This document shows positions 42,986 to 56,657 of a stretch of DNA of 64,000 bases, piece after piece. How positions within the stretch are numbered: the first letter of the stretch is position 1; each line of letters starts with the position of its first letter. This DNA is from Octopus vulgaris (taxonomy: Eukaryota), in NCBI GenBank assembly GCA_951406725.2, contig OX597814.1, forward strand, positions 40,424,001 through 40,488,000, written 5' to 3'. Below the pieces are notes generated by a model that was not told the origin of the DNA, made no database searches, and worked only from the letters and a program-made list of their open reading frames with translations. The translations under genes were made by a program, and so were the position numbers.

Positions 42986-43240
42986 AACAGCACACATACA
43001 CACACACAACAAGTATAATTATAACAACACAAAGATACTCAGACAGACTCACACACACAAACCCACGTACACACACATAACATCCTCACCAACACAAAAC
43101 ACACAAACATACACAGGCACACACAGACACACACATACACACCCGCGAACAAACACGTACATACAGGTGCGCACACAATAACCTACAAATACTAACCACT
43201 CACATGGAAACACACACACGCAAATGTGCACACATATAAT
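42985..43240 (+). repeat. Diverged inverted copy of the Penelope 3' TG-rich segment (~40705-40950)
   Basis: ccaacacaaaacacacaaac and cgaacaaacac are reverse complements of motifs at 40790-40860. Confidence 0.6.
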
Positions 43241-46022
43241 TGACCAAAAGTAACCAGAGATATACCGCCCAGTGGAAGCACCCAAAATCTCCCTAATCTG
43301 AACTTCCACAATGCAGACTGGACATCTGTCAAAAAAGTGATCCTAGGATAGAACTGGCTGAAATGCCTTACCATACCAGGCATTGGCATCTAATTGGAAT
43401 ATTTCATGTCTGTTATGCAAACCATATTCCAAAACGATGTCACAGAGCGCAAGTCCAACGCAAAAAAAGTACAATATTCCAAAGGAAAGGAAAATCCTCA
43501 TGATAGGATGGACGAAGGCTGAAAGTTGCTGAAAACAACGTACCAAAATTAGTACTTAAACCTAAAAACAGTACTTATAGAAACTGAAAAAAACCTGCAA
43601 CGATCCTATGTGAATGAGAAAGCCGACAAAAAGCATCGGTTATAAAATTATTCAAGTCAACCCTAATGGCCATCTTTCATTATGTCAAAGACATAGACTC
43701 ACAACGCTGCAAAATCGAACCCCTCTATCCAAAGGATGGCTCCCTCGCAGATAGCCCAACCCGTATCAGTGAGGTACTGAGTGACCAGTTCAAAAGTGTC
43801 TCTACCACTCCGTTGTAACACAGACACTTGAAAGGCCCAGTGGATTTCTTTACCGCCTCACCTATAGTCAGGGAGGCAGTTACGATGGATTACACCGACA
43901 TTAGTGAAAACATATAATAATAGCCATAGCTGAGGAGGTCGCAAAGTCAACTGCTGGCCGTCATGGTTTTCCAGCAATGCTGCTCAAATAGTGTAAACGT
44001 ACCCTGGAAAAACCACTACAGATTATCTTACAGAGTTTTCTTACAAATGGCAAGCTGCCAAGCAAGCTGAAGTAGGGAATAATGTGCCCGATTCATAAAG
44101 GATATGTGCCCGATACAAAATTTATAGTCCATTGTCTCTAAACCCACACATGAGAAAAGTCATGGAGTGAATATTCAGATGTAAACTAATTGCATTTCTT
44201 TAAAGAAAACGAATTGCCGAGTGATACTCAGCATGGTTTTCGACCAAGTAGGTACTGCTTGACCCAGCTCTTTCAGCACTATGTATGTGTGTTTAGGAAG
44301 TTACTCAACAACTCAAATGAGGATGTAATATATTCTGAATTCCCCAAACCTTTTGATAAATTTGATTATGCCATGATATGGTACAAACTGCGTGATCTCG
44401 GCTTAGCTGGAAAACTTGGAGAGTTATTATATGACTTTCTGAAAGAGAGAAGTCAGGCAGTAGTGACCAATGGAGCCACTTCAAAGAAAACACAAATAGT
44501 GAGTGGTGTTCAACAGGGTACTAACTTGGTTTCACTGCTTTCAATTGTGGCCCTCCCAGATATCCCCTCAGCTGCCCGGATATTCACCCTTGCAACCTAC
44601 GCAGACGATACGAAAGTCTCGCAGAAAATGCAAAACCCTAGCGATGTTGCACGACGACATCATGTGTTGGACTCAATTTACAGAAGAGCTGAGGACAATA
44701 ACATGCAGTTTAATGCCGAAAAATCCTGAGCCATGCGCTGCCAGCGCCAAAATATGATCGAAAAACTTACAGGGTATTATAATCCAAGTACCTAACTCTA
44801 TGCGGAACATGGGTATCTATTTCCAAGTGCACATTATCTAGATGCCGCGAAAGTGAAGACGGTTGGCTAGGTGGATCCTTTGTACCTTCAGAACAAGAAG
44901 GGACGGAAACTGATGGTCCTTTGGACGACATTCGTACTTAAAAATCAAAAGACAACCCAAATCCCTAAAAAGCTACTCACCAATGCAATATTACCCAACA
45001 CAATCCCACCAATCACCGTCAAAGAATGAGGTCATTCGAACTGAAGGACTTGCATCTCATTGAAGGAACAATATACAAATTGCGGTCGGGACACAGTTTT
45101 GTCGTAACAAATAACTTCACCTTCACATCAATGAATCTACCTTATGCCATTAGGTGTGAAGTGTGTCACAAAGATTACATAGGGCAAACGATCCTTACTC
45201 TCACAGGAAGGATGACACTCCACCGCCAAGTTCCCACTATGCCAACGCCCACACAGTACCACTGACCAAACAGGAATAAAAATGGAAAATAAGCTTATTC
45301 AAAATACAGACCACAACTCAACATACTCCCAGGTACACACTCATAACAAACACACACAGTAACACATACATATTTACAAAATCACCCACACGCAAAAACA
45401 ATGCAAACCTCCCACGCAAACACACATGCATACATATACACACACGCACAAACGCAATATTCCCACAGTAGTGCACAAACCCACACACATTACAAGAAAA
45501 AATACATACATATATACACTTGCAATACGATTCTGGACCATAACCAACACTCATACACATACACACATACGTAAGCACTTCCCACTATCGTCACCCCACA
45601 GTATAAAATTAGCAGCGAAACTTGAAGCAATCCAGTGAAGCTTCACAAAGATGGTCGGCTTATTGCAACAACTCAGTTACTCGGAAAGGTTGAAATAACT
45701 AAGTCTCTATCCCATGGAGCGGCACAGAAAAGCAGTAATATACATCTGGAAGATCCTGGTAGAATCTGTGACACATTTGGCATCGACAAGCCCATAAATT
45801 CCAGAACGGGTCGCCACTGCACAGTGCCAAATATTCCAACGGTTTAGGACTAGTTACTGCAAAAGCCTGTGTTGAAGGGCCCACACCTTTTTAATATTCT
45901 CACAAAGAGCCTACGCGACCTACACAAAGCGGATGTAGGTGTTTTCAAAATAAGCCAGTATCTCTCGCTAACAAGAGACCCAGATGAACCTACCTCGTGG
46001 CAGGAGGCGCAAATGATGGCAT
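43240..46022 (+). mobile_element. CR1/L2-group LINE ORF2 pseudogene, interrupted at 44939-45580
   Basis: LNFHNADW; QHGFRPSRYCLTQL; SGVQQG; YADDTK; NNMQFNAEK; the 3' part (45581-46022) is colinear with 60205-60650. Confidence 0.9.
44939..45580 (+). mobile_element. Penelope GIY-YIG fragment, high-identity inverted copy of 41617-42260
   Basis: SGHSFVVTNNFTFTSMNLPYAIRCEVCHKDYIGQT; DNA closely reverse-complementary to 41617-42260. Confidence 0.9.
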
Positions 46023-48300
46023 ACATAAATACATAATACATACATGCATACATACATACATACATACATACATACATACATACATACATACATACACACA
46101 CAGACGCACCCACGTACATATGCGAACAAATGCGTGTATCGAAAAACAACGCAATACGACAAGTGAATAAAACCAACCTCAATATTGTTAGAAATAGAGG
46201 AAGAAATTTATTTAAGCAAACACAGATCTGATGCAGACGTGTACTTTAGTGTTCACTTCCATATTAGGTATGCTGCATGCATTATGTATACTTAAGGTAA
46301 TGAAGTGCAGCATTCGCTGAATTGTTCTCACAGTATTTCATGTCCTGAACGAACGGTTTTTATGTGCGTTATTGTAATTAAAATTACACTCGGCGTATAG
46401 CAAATAAGTTAACCCTCATCTGGTATGAATAGTTGTAAAGTTTTACTTTATTTTATATTTCTAATTATCATGTGTCATCAAATCAATGAAATGATGGCTT
46501 GATAAGCTACATTCTACAAATGAATGATAAAGTTGTGACGTACTATTTATCTCAATATCTATTTCGATTAACCTATCAATGCAGCCTATATTCTTTTTTC
46601 TTTTTTTCACCAAAATTCATAAATCTATAAATAGATATACACCTGATAAATATGCTCCAAAAATCGCACAGCTATATTTAGTTGGACGCATGAACGATAG
46701 GCTAACAAGTTTGTTACATAAAGCTGTATTCCTGGGTCAAAATATCACTGCAAGATATTTTCGAAAAATATCTGGTAGCGTAAATTTGTGTGTGGCTAGA
46801 TGGAAAATATTTGAAAGTCGAATAGACTGGTTATATTAGCATTTAAGTTATCAAATCCGTCTTCATAATTATTTACGCACATTCTGTTTGGAATCTCCAT
46901 TGAATAGAATTAACATGGAAATACTGTACCAGTTAAATCATAGTTTAACTAGCATGTCGTGCAACTAAGTTTGTTGACAGAGGCAACATTACAAACAGTA
47001 ATTATTATTACTAACCAGCTATTAAAAACATCATTATCGTAATTGCTATTATCCATACATTGTATACCATCCAAATGGCGTTATTAATCTATCCATATAT
47101 CTACACTAGATATTATACATACCAGTACTCAAAATATTAATATTTTAATAAGCATTTCAATTACTCATGCACGAACAACTGGCAGCTAAATTAATTTCTT
47201 ATCAATGCACGTGGAACTTCGAAAACTGCACTGTGGGATACAATATCCCATAGCAAAATCAGTTCAAATTTCATTGCTACAATCCTTATAATTAATCTAA
47301 ACTAGTTCAAGAAATATATTCGAAATTCTATTATCAGAAAACATTCTTGTTGGCAGATTATCGCGTCCTAAATAGTTCGTTTTTAAGCGAACTATTTATC
47401 AGAGATAGAGTCGCTACTACCACCACAGATAGCCAGCCATAACCATCCATCAACACTATCAATTCCTGAATGAGGATTTACTCTTTTCCGTAACAATCAC
47501 ATTCATGACTGCTGCTATAGCAAACACATGAAAATTGTAAAATCAATAACTTTCGATCACAGATGGCTTAGCAGGTGATTAATCATTTGTAATTCATTTT
47601 AACTTGTACTACATCCTCTCCATAATCCAATTGTCTCGACACCTATTTTTCTACTATCACTAAGCCATCTATTACTGCGATGCTGTCACATTGACATGAA
47701 GTCTAAGGTGCCGATGAAGCGGTTCATTTTAGTGCTGGTGTTGGCGCATTTCTGTGTGTTGGTACGTTCGAATAAATTTTGATTACCAGTCTGTATGAAT
47801 GCACACGTGCGCTGCTTTGTTGTTATATAATGACTTTTGACTCTTATTGAACAATTTTCAATTACACACATTAATTTTCTTTTTCTTGTATAACTATATA
47901 ATTGCTTTGCAAATTTGATGTTAGTATTTGAAACAAATAAATATAAACTTCTGCATACTTCACATTTATCTCTTCTATACATTATATTTCGTTTAAAAAT
48001 AATTGCGTATCTCACAAATTACATAAAGAGTTGCATGTTTGAATATATTTATTGTATTGACGATAAGAGGATCAATTTATACACACTTGGTGCGTGAGAA
48101 TCGGGTTAGGTGCAGTTTCAACAAGTTCTGTAGAGTGTATTTGCTAAAGAACATTAATTAGTTTTAAAATAATCAGTATTATATATATATATTGTATTTG
48201 TATAGGTGCAGCTTCACAGGTGGGTTGACACGATAAACGCAAAGGGATGAAACTGGATAAACTTGACACTTGTATGTATGTATGTATATATGTATGCATA

Positions 48301-48386
<86 letters not shown>

Positions 48387-48526
48387 AATATAAGAGAGTG
48401 GTCACTATATGGCTCACTCTAGCACCAGTTAATCCAAAAGGTTTCAACCACAAAAATACATGTTTCCCATGAAAGTCAGTACGATTGTTAGCTCACACGG
48501 ACAGGGCAAATAAAAAATAACAAATA

Positions 48527-48622
48527 CAGATTATTTTGGGACAATTGTTTCGCTATTAATGAATTAAATGTAATTTTACTTACAATAAAATCCACTTGTA
48601 GCTCTTCAGCCAAAACTATCTG
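48527..48622 (-). ncRNA. Canonical type I hammerhead ribozyme motif within a ~415-bp insert (48381-48795) in (TA)n
   Basis: Minus: cagatagttttgg CTGAAGA gcta [43 nt] tagc GAAA caattg TC ccaaaataatctg; 13-position stem I with one mismatch; palindromic stem III acaattgt; GUC site. Confidence 0.8.
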
Positions 48623-48788
48623 GATGAAATCCACTCAATCACACGCCAGATTTTACCATAACGATAAATACGTGTGTGGTTCAATTGATTACATCCGACG
48701 TTATAATTCAAATGCCCCAACTAACAGCGCGCCAAATTTTCACGGAAAACAAATACAGCATTTAGAAATAAATGCAGCATAATTATAA

Positions 48789-48859
<71 letters not shown>

Positions 48860-50014
48860 TATATACTCCCACTGACTCATGAGAAATCAAATCAAGTATT
48901 AAGTTCCATAACTTCTAACGAATTTCCATTGTGCTTAGTTCCTATTATGTCTTCACACTAACAAGCAGTCCACTATTGGTTAGGAATATTGTCAAGGCCG
49001 CAACACACCACAATATTTCAGTCTAATTTTTCTTGTTTCCTGTTCTTTTTCTCTGATTCCCTATTAACCTAAGAATATTTCCTACATTTTCTGGCAGAAA
49101 ACTACATAACTCAATCTAGATCCGAGATGGAACATTTATTGATAAAATCGCATTATTTATTGGATGACCTAACAACATGCTTGGGTGGAAGGATTGGTTT
49201 GGCTAGGCTTAATGTAGGTGTAGTATGATTTTCACAGTTCCATGTGCCACTAAAATGTTACCGGTAGAATCTTTTGTATTAAATATTGTTTTTAAATAAT
49301 ATTTTTTTCCAGAATGTTATAGTGGACCCTGGGAGGAAATAGGTTGAGAAACACTGATGTAGAGGGTTCACTACACACGGTGGCCACTCTCTATCCTTGT
49401 GGCCTGGGGCAATTGCCTCTTTTTCTCACTTATAAAACCTGGGGTGTATATGTACACATTATAATTTCTATACTAAATTCTTTGCTGGAATCTGCAAATT
49501 TTCGTATATACCCAATTGCATTTAGACTATTTATAGTCTTATTTTAATGAAGGAGGACATACTTGGATGCATACTACAGACCCCAATATAAAAAAAACTA
49601 ATATTGTGATGGATATGACTGAAACCTCATAATAAACATTAATATGAAAGCATACAATCTAATAGTCTGAAATAATATAAACGTGGTAACTGACTCTGAT
49701 TAAGAATTAACAAGAATACGTGGATAAAGCAATTTACTCTACTTCTATGTAGATCAACCAGAAATTAAATTATGGAATTCCGATTCTACAATTCATAAAA
49801 GCATTTCTATATCGGAATTAGGAGATGAGCCGTCATCTAATATTGATATGCATATGACTCATGACAAGATTGAGTTTATCAGTGAAAATATAAAGAAATG
49901 ACGAACGAACAGATTATACGGATACACAGGTAAAATAGTACAACACAAACATGACTATTCATCTATATGAACTAGCCGCTACAGCTGCTGCTGCTGTTGC
50001 AGTAGCAGCAGCAA

Positions 50015-50015
<1 letters not shown>

Positions 50016-50077
<62 letters not shown>
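50016..50077. repeat. (TAG)n microsatellite
   Basis: Direct reading. Confidence 0.95.
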
Positions 50078-50078
<1 letters not shown>

Positions 50079-50172
50079 TTAGTGGTTAGGGCTTTCGCCT
50101 CAAAATCGTAAGGACGTGAGTTCCATTCACGGCGACGCATTGTGTCCTTGAGCAAGACACTTTATTTCACAT
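50078..50172 (+). mobile_element. tRNA-like SINE head
   Basis: tagtggttagg (box A-like), gagttccattc (box B-like), then gtgtccttgagcaagacacttt. Confidence 0.7.
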
Positions 50173-50556
50173 GTTCCTTTCTGTTCAAGAGCGTAGTCCC
50201 GAAGTATAAGAAGTATATCTCACCTTCTCGAGCGAGAAACAAACACATCTGTTTCTTGTTTATACGCCTGTCTTCGTGTTTTGCTTCTTAGTAAATTTCT
50301 ACAATATATATTCATGTGTGTGTATGTAGGTATATTTGTATGTACGTATATAATTTATGTGTGCGTATATGTGCGTGTGTGTGTATGACAGTATGTATGT
50401 TTGCATGTATGTATGTATACGCTTAAGCAGGTATGCATGTAGAAATGTGTATACTTTTTGGAACTGATTTTCTATATTCGGATGATGTGGCCTTGTATGT
50501 AGCTGCGGAGAGCTGTGGATGCACTTACGTCTACACGTCTATCTATGTAACTATCC

Positions 50557-50727
<171 letters not shown>

Positions 50728-50789
50728 CATATATTTCTATATCTAAACGCACCCATACACACATAAATATATATATACTTATACGTTTC

Positions 50790-50970
50790 AGAGGAAGAGA
50801 TAAGTCGATTACATTCACCCCAATTCTCAACTAGTACTTAATTTATCGACCCCGAAATGAGAAAGAGAGAGTGGCCTTCGGTGGAATTTAAACTCAGAAC
50901 GTAGCGACGGGCGAAATAACGCTAAGCATTTGGTCCAGAGCGCTAACGATTCTGCAAACTCACTGCCTTA
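50790..50970 (-). mobile_element. tRNA-derived SINE
   Basis: tacttaatttatcgaccccgaaa..ggaatttaaactcagaacg..gctaacgattctgc; homologous to 10155-10350. Confidence 0.8.
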
Positions 50971-51254
50971 ACAACAACAGTAATACTAACAATAAAATTT
51001 CGAATTGATGTATCCAATAAGCTTCAGAATAAGGAAGAGAGTCAAGTAGTGTGCTATATTATTTAGGAGGTGTAGCTGTAGGCTGTAGCTATACAGTTGG
51101 CATTACTGGTATCATTCACTTTGGCTGAAGAAAATTTACTTGCTTATACATGTATGCGTTGTTACTTAGAAAAACGTGTGTTACCGACTAACGATTAGAT
51201 TTCACGTCGTTCATTCAAGCGCGTATACTCTCTAGGTGTCATTGTAAGTCAGTC

Positions 51255-52190
51255 CTTGTGAACCCATATTAGGAATTGGGATCTGTTAAATTTCGCTCGA
51301 AGATTTTTGAATTATTTTTTTAACTAAACAGCTTGAAACTTCGGTTACTGGCGGTTTACCCACTACAGTTGTCTTTCGACGTTTCTGGCAATATTATGTA
51401 TTTTACAAGTTAGTTCGTGTTGAAGTTGTGTTTGGGTAATTTTAAAAAATCAACGACGGGCATTCAGTTAAAGAAAGCTACTGATGTTTGCGATACCAAT
51501 CGAAAAGGAACAACTCCCGGATCATCTCTGTTAAATGTCCCCATTGTGTTATATTTTATGTTTGCATCCTGCCTGTGTTGCATATTACTCGCTTTGTTTT
51601 TTGGTTCTCGCGTCGCAGTAATATGTAAATATTGATGAATCAACATATGGAGGAAGAAATTTTGTTTACATATATTTATTCGCTTGCCTCACATGTAGTT
51701 AGAAATGCAGGAGTAATTGCAGTGGCAGTGACAAGTTCGCTCGCTGGTTGGTAGTTGATAGTGTAGAGAAGGAAAGGATGGGGTATGTACGGTGCTAACT
51801 AGAAAGAAAGAGCGGATATAAGTGGCATCGTCTTTATAGCGGCCGAAAGCTTCTCTTTTGTGTCAGCTATGACCAAGGAGCAATACCTTCCCTTAGCCCT
51901 GTCGCTCGACATACGAACAGGGTGGGGACCTTTAATAGAGATAACCCGGAAAATGTTCCTCTTCGATTACTATCGCAAACTGCTGTAGATTTCTTCAACT
52001 GAATACAGGAACCAACTTCTAAAATACATAATTTTTTCAAAAAATGTTGAAAATAAACCGTGTTGAGCGTGAGGAATTACACACCGGTATACGAAGTTTA
52101 AAACTGTTTAGTTAAAAGGAAAATGATTTTAAAATGTGTGAGCAAAACTGAACAGACTCATGAATGTTTATGTAGAATGCACTACGAAAA
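51255..52190. mobile_element. Non-autonomous TIR element (MITE-like), ~0.9 kb
   Basis: tttttaactaaacagcttgaaacttcg (~51317-51343) vs cgaagtttaaaactgtttagttaaaa (~52091-52116), with complementarity extending about 100 bp. Confidence 0.65.
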
Positions 52191-54279
52191 ATTGAGACTG
52201 AGAGACTAAAAGCTTTTATCAATAATTGTGTCTATATTTAATTTAAATTTAATGTATATATAATTTGGACTATGGTAATATAAGTGGTGAAGGGAGAATT
52301 TACTGTAATAAACTCTTCGGGTAAGCCATTGAGGGATGTAATTGTTTTAATGATTAAGACAATACGATATTTGTGGGTAATAGAAGATATCTAGTCTGCT
52401 GTAATTTCTTAAAATAGCTTGACTGAATATATGTATGAAAGTGTATTTCAGTGGCCTTCGAAATCATATAAAGAGCAGTGGTAGTATGAGCACTAGATAG
52501 CAATAAAATAGAAATAGCAACGAAGTACATAGAATTTTGTTTGAACGAGTAGAGTAATAGAATAAAATATTATAGCGAGATTAATTATAGTGTAACAAAT
52601 TATCTTTAGCTAATTAGTTATTTCTTGAAAAGAGTTGCATCGAAACATAAAAAAGTCAATAAGATAACAAGTTGAATGACATACACTAAAAGATGGGGCT
52701 TTGATATAAAGCAAGAGTGAATAAATAATACCAAAGTTGACGATACATGTTATATGAAGGCATGACGATACAAGGATTCTCCCAAACAGCTCTTTATTTG
52801 CACTTTTATGAGCATGCATAGTGTACTTGTCTATATTTGAGAAACCTGATACCTACAATTTCACAGATTTAAGGAAAATATTACCCTAGATATATTACCT
52901 TATTACCTTAGATATCACAAACTATGCACCAGCAATATTTGTAAACAAATTTAAAGATTTTTTTGCTATTCTTCTAACATTCATTTTCCCTATTCTTAAG
53001 TTGAGACTGAAATCATTGCTCAAGACAGAAACGAAATGCTGAAATGTAAAAAGTCTGCAAAAATGTGAATAAAGAATCACGAAATCATTTAATTTCAGTG
53101 AATGTCTATTTTAAAATTGAAGTAAAACGATTAGACATATTATGTGTAGATCTCAAGAATGCCAGAAGGATTAGCTAAAAGTATGAACTGAATTAAGTGA
53201 AATTATGAAATATAAAATTGATATCGCCAATAAGATAACGTATAAATCATTAAATGAATTGAATGCTTTAGCCTGCTGAATAGATAACAAGAGATCGTAC
53301 CTCCTCATTATCATAATCAACAGCAACAACAACAACAACAACAACAACACATACAACCAACAGCACGACCAACAACAATGATGATAATTACAGATGTTGA
53401 ATCTCTTACTGTACAGACGTGTTTTCTAAAGTTGCTTGCCAGCAAATGTCCCACACAGCCACGTGTATATCTCTCGTATACTGAATCCTTGAATTCTTCA
53501 ATTTACTTATTTATTTATATTATATTTTGTGCCGTTAGAACACAATGACCTATTGACGAATATTCGTAAGTACACAATATTTCTATTAATAAATACACAT
53601 AAATTTACACAATATTTTAACGATAAAGTTTTTTCTATATCGTAACGCCCTCTTATATCCTTGCCTATGTCCGTGAAATACTCCATAAAACAAATATTTT
53701 ACTTATTTTATCTGGTGTTGTTACGTTTTTGTTGAAACTACGCAAAAGCAGCTAAAACAACCATGTCCATTTCTTCATTGTGAAATGACCCCACAAATAT
53801 ATATTAAAAATTAACAAAGGCTCAAAAGATGCCCCTCTCCTTCTTAAAGAAGGAAAGAAATGCCTGGGTCCTGTGACAACACACCTACAATAATTACAAA
53901 AGTGAAATGGGCATTCTCATTACATGTTTAATTTTTATTTTCAAACTCATAACATCTGCATCCCATGTTTAAATCTCATTGCCAAAAGAGTTCTTGATCT
54001 GTAACATTTACCGCTAAGTGAGAGAAATATAAGACAAACTGAAAGAAATTTCTACCTAATATTGTACCATAATTAACTGCGTGGATAAAATCTCTGAAAT
54101 CTTCCCATTCATTTCAGCCCACCATAAGCAGCAACAGCTGACGAAGACCACATACAGAAAAGCAAAAACAATTATAACTACTACAACAGCAACAACAACA
54201 CAAGCTCAACCGTAACCTCAGAGTCCCCTAAGCGTCTAAACCATCATCACCATTACTGCAACAATCTATTACTACGTCT

Positions 54280-54425
<146 letters not shown>

Positions 54426-54969
54426 TGCCGTTGCTGTTGCTTCTTTTTTTGCTTCTATCTCTTATTCTTTCCTTTCTACTTCTATGATTAATCCACTGAC
54501 CAACTTCAATCACACCCTTGCAGGTGACCAATCTCAACCTTATCTCCTTCCTTCCTCTCCCACCACCACTGCATCTACATCGACACAAGGGCGCTAAAAA
54601 ACTACTGTTACTACTAATTCTAATGTCCAAACTTGAACTAAACATTATTTCTCCCTCTCCAACATCTACTAATCCAAAGTCATGAAAATCGGGCAAATAT
54701 AAGCATAAAGATATTTTACAATATACTGTCCCTCAAAAACAACAACCTGCCTAAAATTAAATCCAGAAATACGCTCTCATTCTTTATGTGTGTGGTTATG
54801 CATATACATTGATTAGAATTTTACTCGTTTACCAGGAACAAGATCCTCAATTAATAAAACGAACTCTCACCATAGCACCCTTGCAACAACAGCACCACCA
54901 CTAAAATGAAAATCGTAACAGTCAAGTCTGCCGCAATTTTTTACACAAGCGATTATGTATACAGCATAC

Positions 54970-55093
54970 TTATATCTTCAAGTTCGCCCCATGATTCGAG
55001 GTATCATCAAAAGCATAACTCAAAAAGCGCATATTAATCCGGCGAGAATAACAACAAATTCAACTACGCCTGCAGCTATTCCAGCACGAGAAA
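54970..55093 (-). pseudogene. Possible decayed exon encoding a single transmembrane helix
   Basis: Acceptor tttgttttctttttgttctccag, donor gtatgc; reading SRAGIAAGVVEFVVILAGLICAF*VMLLMIPR with stops. Confidence 0.3.
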
Positions 55094-55125
55094 CTGGAGA
55101 ACAAAAAGAAAACAAACTGACAGCT

Positions 55126-55241
55126 ACTAAATACACCTTCACTAGATAAATTGTACTAAATACACCTTCACTAGATAAATTGCACTAAATACACCTTCAC
55201 TAGATAAATTGCACTAAACACACCTTCACTAGATAAATTGC
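55126..55241. repeat. 29-bp minisatellite, 4 copies
   Basis: actaaatacaccttcactagataaattg(t/c) head to tail, no spacers. Confidence 0.95.
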
Positions 55242-55574
55242 AGATCCAGGCAAAGGTATTTCAGAAAAGTACCTTGGCTGTCACACTGATCTAAACTATA
55301 TCACTACACCAGTGCAAACACTTTCCACCTCTCAAGGTATTAGAAATAAGTCACATTCGAGGACCCCAAAAATGTGTAATGAAGTCACAGGATTTAATGC
55401 AAAAACATGGATGCTTCAATTCATTGATGACTTCTAATTCTCTACTGGCTATTGTGAATAACAGCGGCTATAAATGACAAAGCTAAGGATCTTTCAAAAA
55501 TTGGGCTCTACACGCCATCACAAGTGGAACTATTGTGTTTTAAAAACGATTCTTGGATATTAAGGATTTCATAT

Positions 55575-55635
55575 GATGTAGTGGTTAAGAGCGTGGACTA
55601 CTAACCCAAAGATTCCGAGTTCGATTCAAGGCAGT
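55575..55635 (+). mobile_element. Isolated tRNA-like SINE head
   Basis: tagtggttaagagcg..gagttcgattc box A/B-like motifs; no complete acceptor stem; runs into (AAT)n. Confidence 0.6.
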
Positions 55636-55687
55636 TAATTGAATAATAATAATAATAATATAAATAATAATGATAATAATAATAATA

Positions 55688-55738
<51 letters not shown>

Positions 55739-55747
55739 TAATAATAA

Positions 55748-55778
<31 letters not shown>

Positions 55779-55793
55779 AATATTAACAAAAAC

Positions 55794-55862
<69 letters not shown>

Positions 55863-55865
<3 letters not shown>

Positions 55866-56442
55866 ATGAGACAGCAAAACCAGAAAACTACAGACCAATA
55901 ACCTGTCTCCCTACAATGTACAAGGCATTTACTGCATTGATATCGCAAAGGTTGGACAAGCACCTGGACGAAAACAACCTGTTTCCGGAAGAGCAGAAAG
56001 GATGCCGCAAAGGCTCATATGGCGGAAAAGATCAACTAATGATTAATAAAGCCATAACTGAAGACAGTCACAGAAAGAAGGAAGGCCTCAGTATGGCCTG
56101 GATCGACTACAAAAAGGAGTTTGAGAAACATTCAAAATACAAATACTTGGAAATAGAGGTAACCAGAATGTGGAATCTAAAAACAGAAACAATACCTATC
56201 ATAGTAGGTGCATTAGGCATGATAAAAAATTATTCAGACAAATACATAACAAAAACTCCAGTACTTACAAACACATATAACATACAGAAAATTTTACTAC
56301 TAGGCACTGCACACATCCTACGCAGAACACTTTCCATACAATAACCATCAGAGCATCACAACAAATCACAGCACATACCTAAGGCAAACAGTTCTGCGCT
56401 CGGTAGTGAAGTGAAGGCACGCAATAAAAATTAAAATACTGA
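55863..56442 (+). mobile_element. Internally deleted R4/Dong-type retrotransposon in (AAT)n
   Basis: ENYRPITCLPTMYK..EEQKGCRKGSYG..AWIDYKK joined in frame to EKHSKYKYLEIEVTRMWNL..PIIVGALG..GTAHILRRTLSIQ*. Confidence 0.9.
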
Positions 56443-56472
56443 ATAATAATAATAATCATAATAATAATAATC

Positions 56473-56546
<74 letters not shown>

Positions 56547-56612
56547 TACAAAAGCACCAAGTACAACGGAAAATACCTTAGGAATGAGAACCCAGGTTCG
56601 AAATTTCCCCAA

Positions 56613-56657
56613 GACACCTGATGAAGGCTGGCGGCAAATCAGCCGAAACGTCATGTT
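56613..56657 (+). ncRNA. Minimal type I hammerhead ribozyme motif in a short pLTR-like piece (56548-56712)
   Basis: gacac CTGATGA a ggctg gcggcaaat cagcc GAAA cg TC atgtt; palindromic acgt stem III; one mismatch next to the cleavage site. Confidence 0.7.

Noticed and set aside
54110-54250. Hydrophobic minus-strand reading resembling a TM helix
   Set aside because: Explained by degenerate (CAA)n low-complexity sequence; no splice support.
55126-55241. 29-bp repeats of CRISPR-like length
   Set aside because: Head-to-tail with no spacers, no cas genes, eukaryotic context.
55575-55635. tRNA gene
   Set aside because: Box A/B-like motifs only, no full cloverleaf; better explained as a SINE head.
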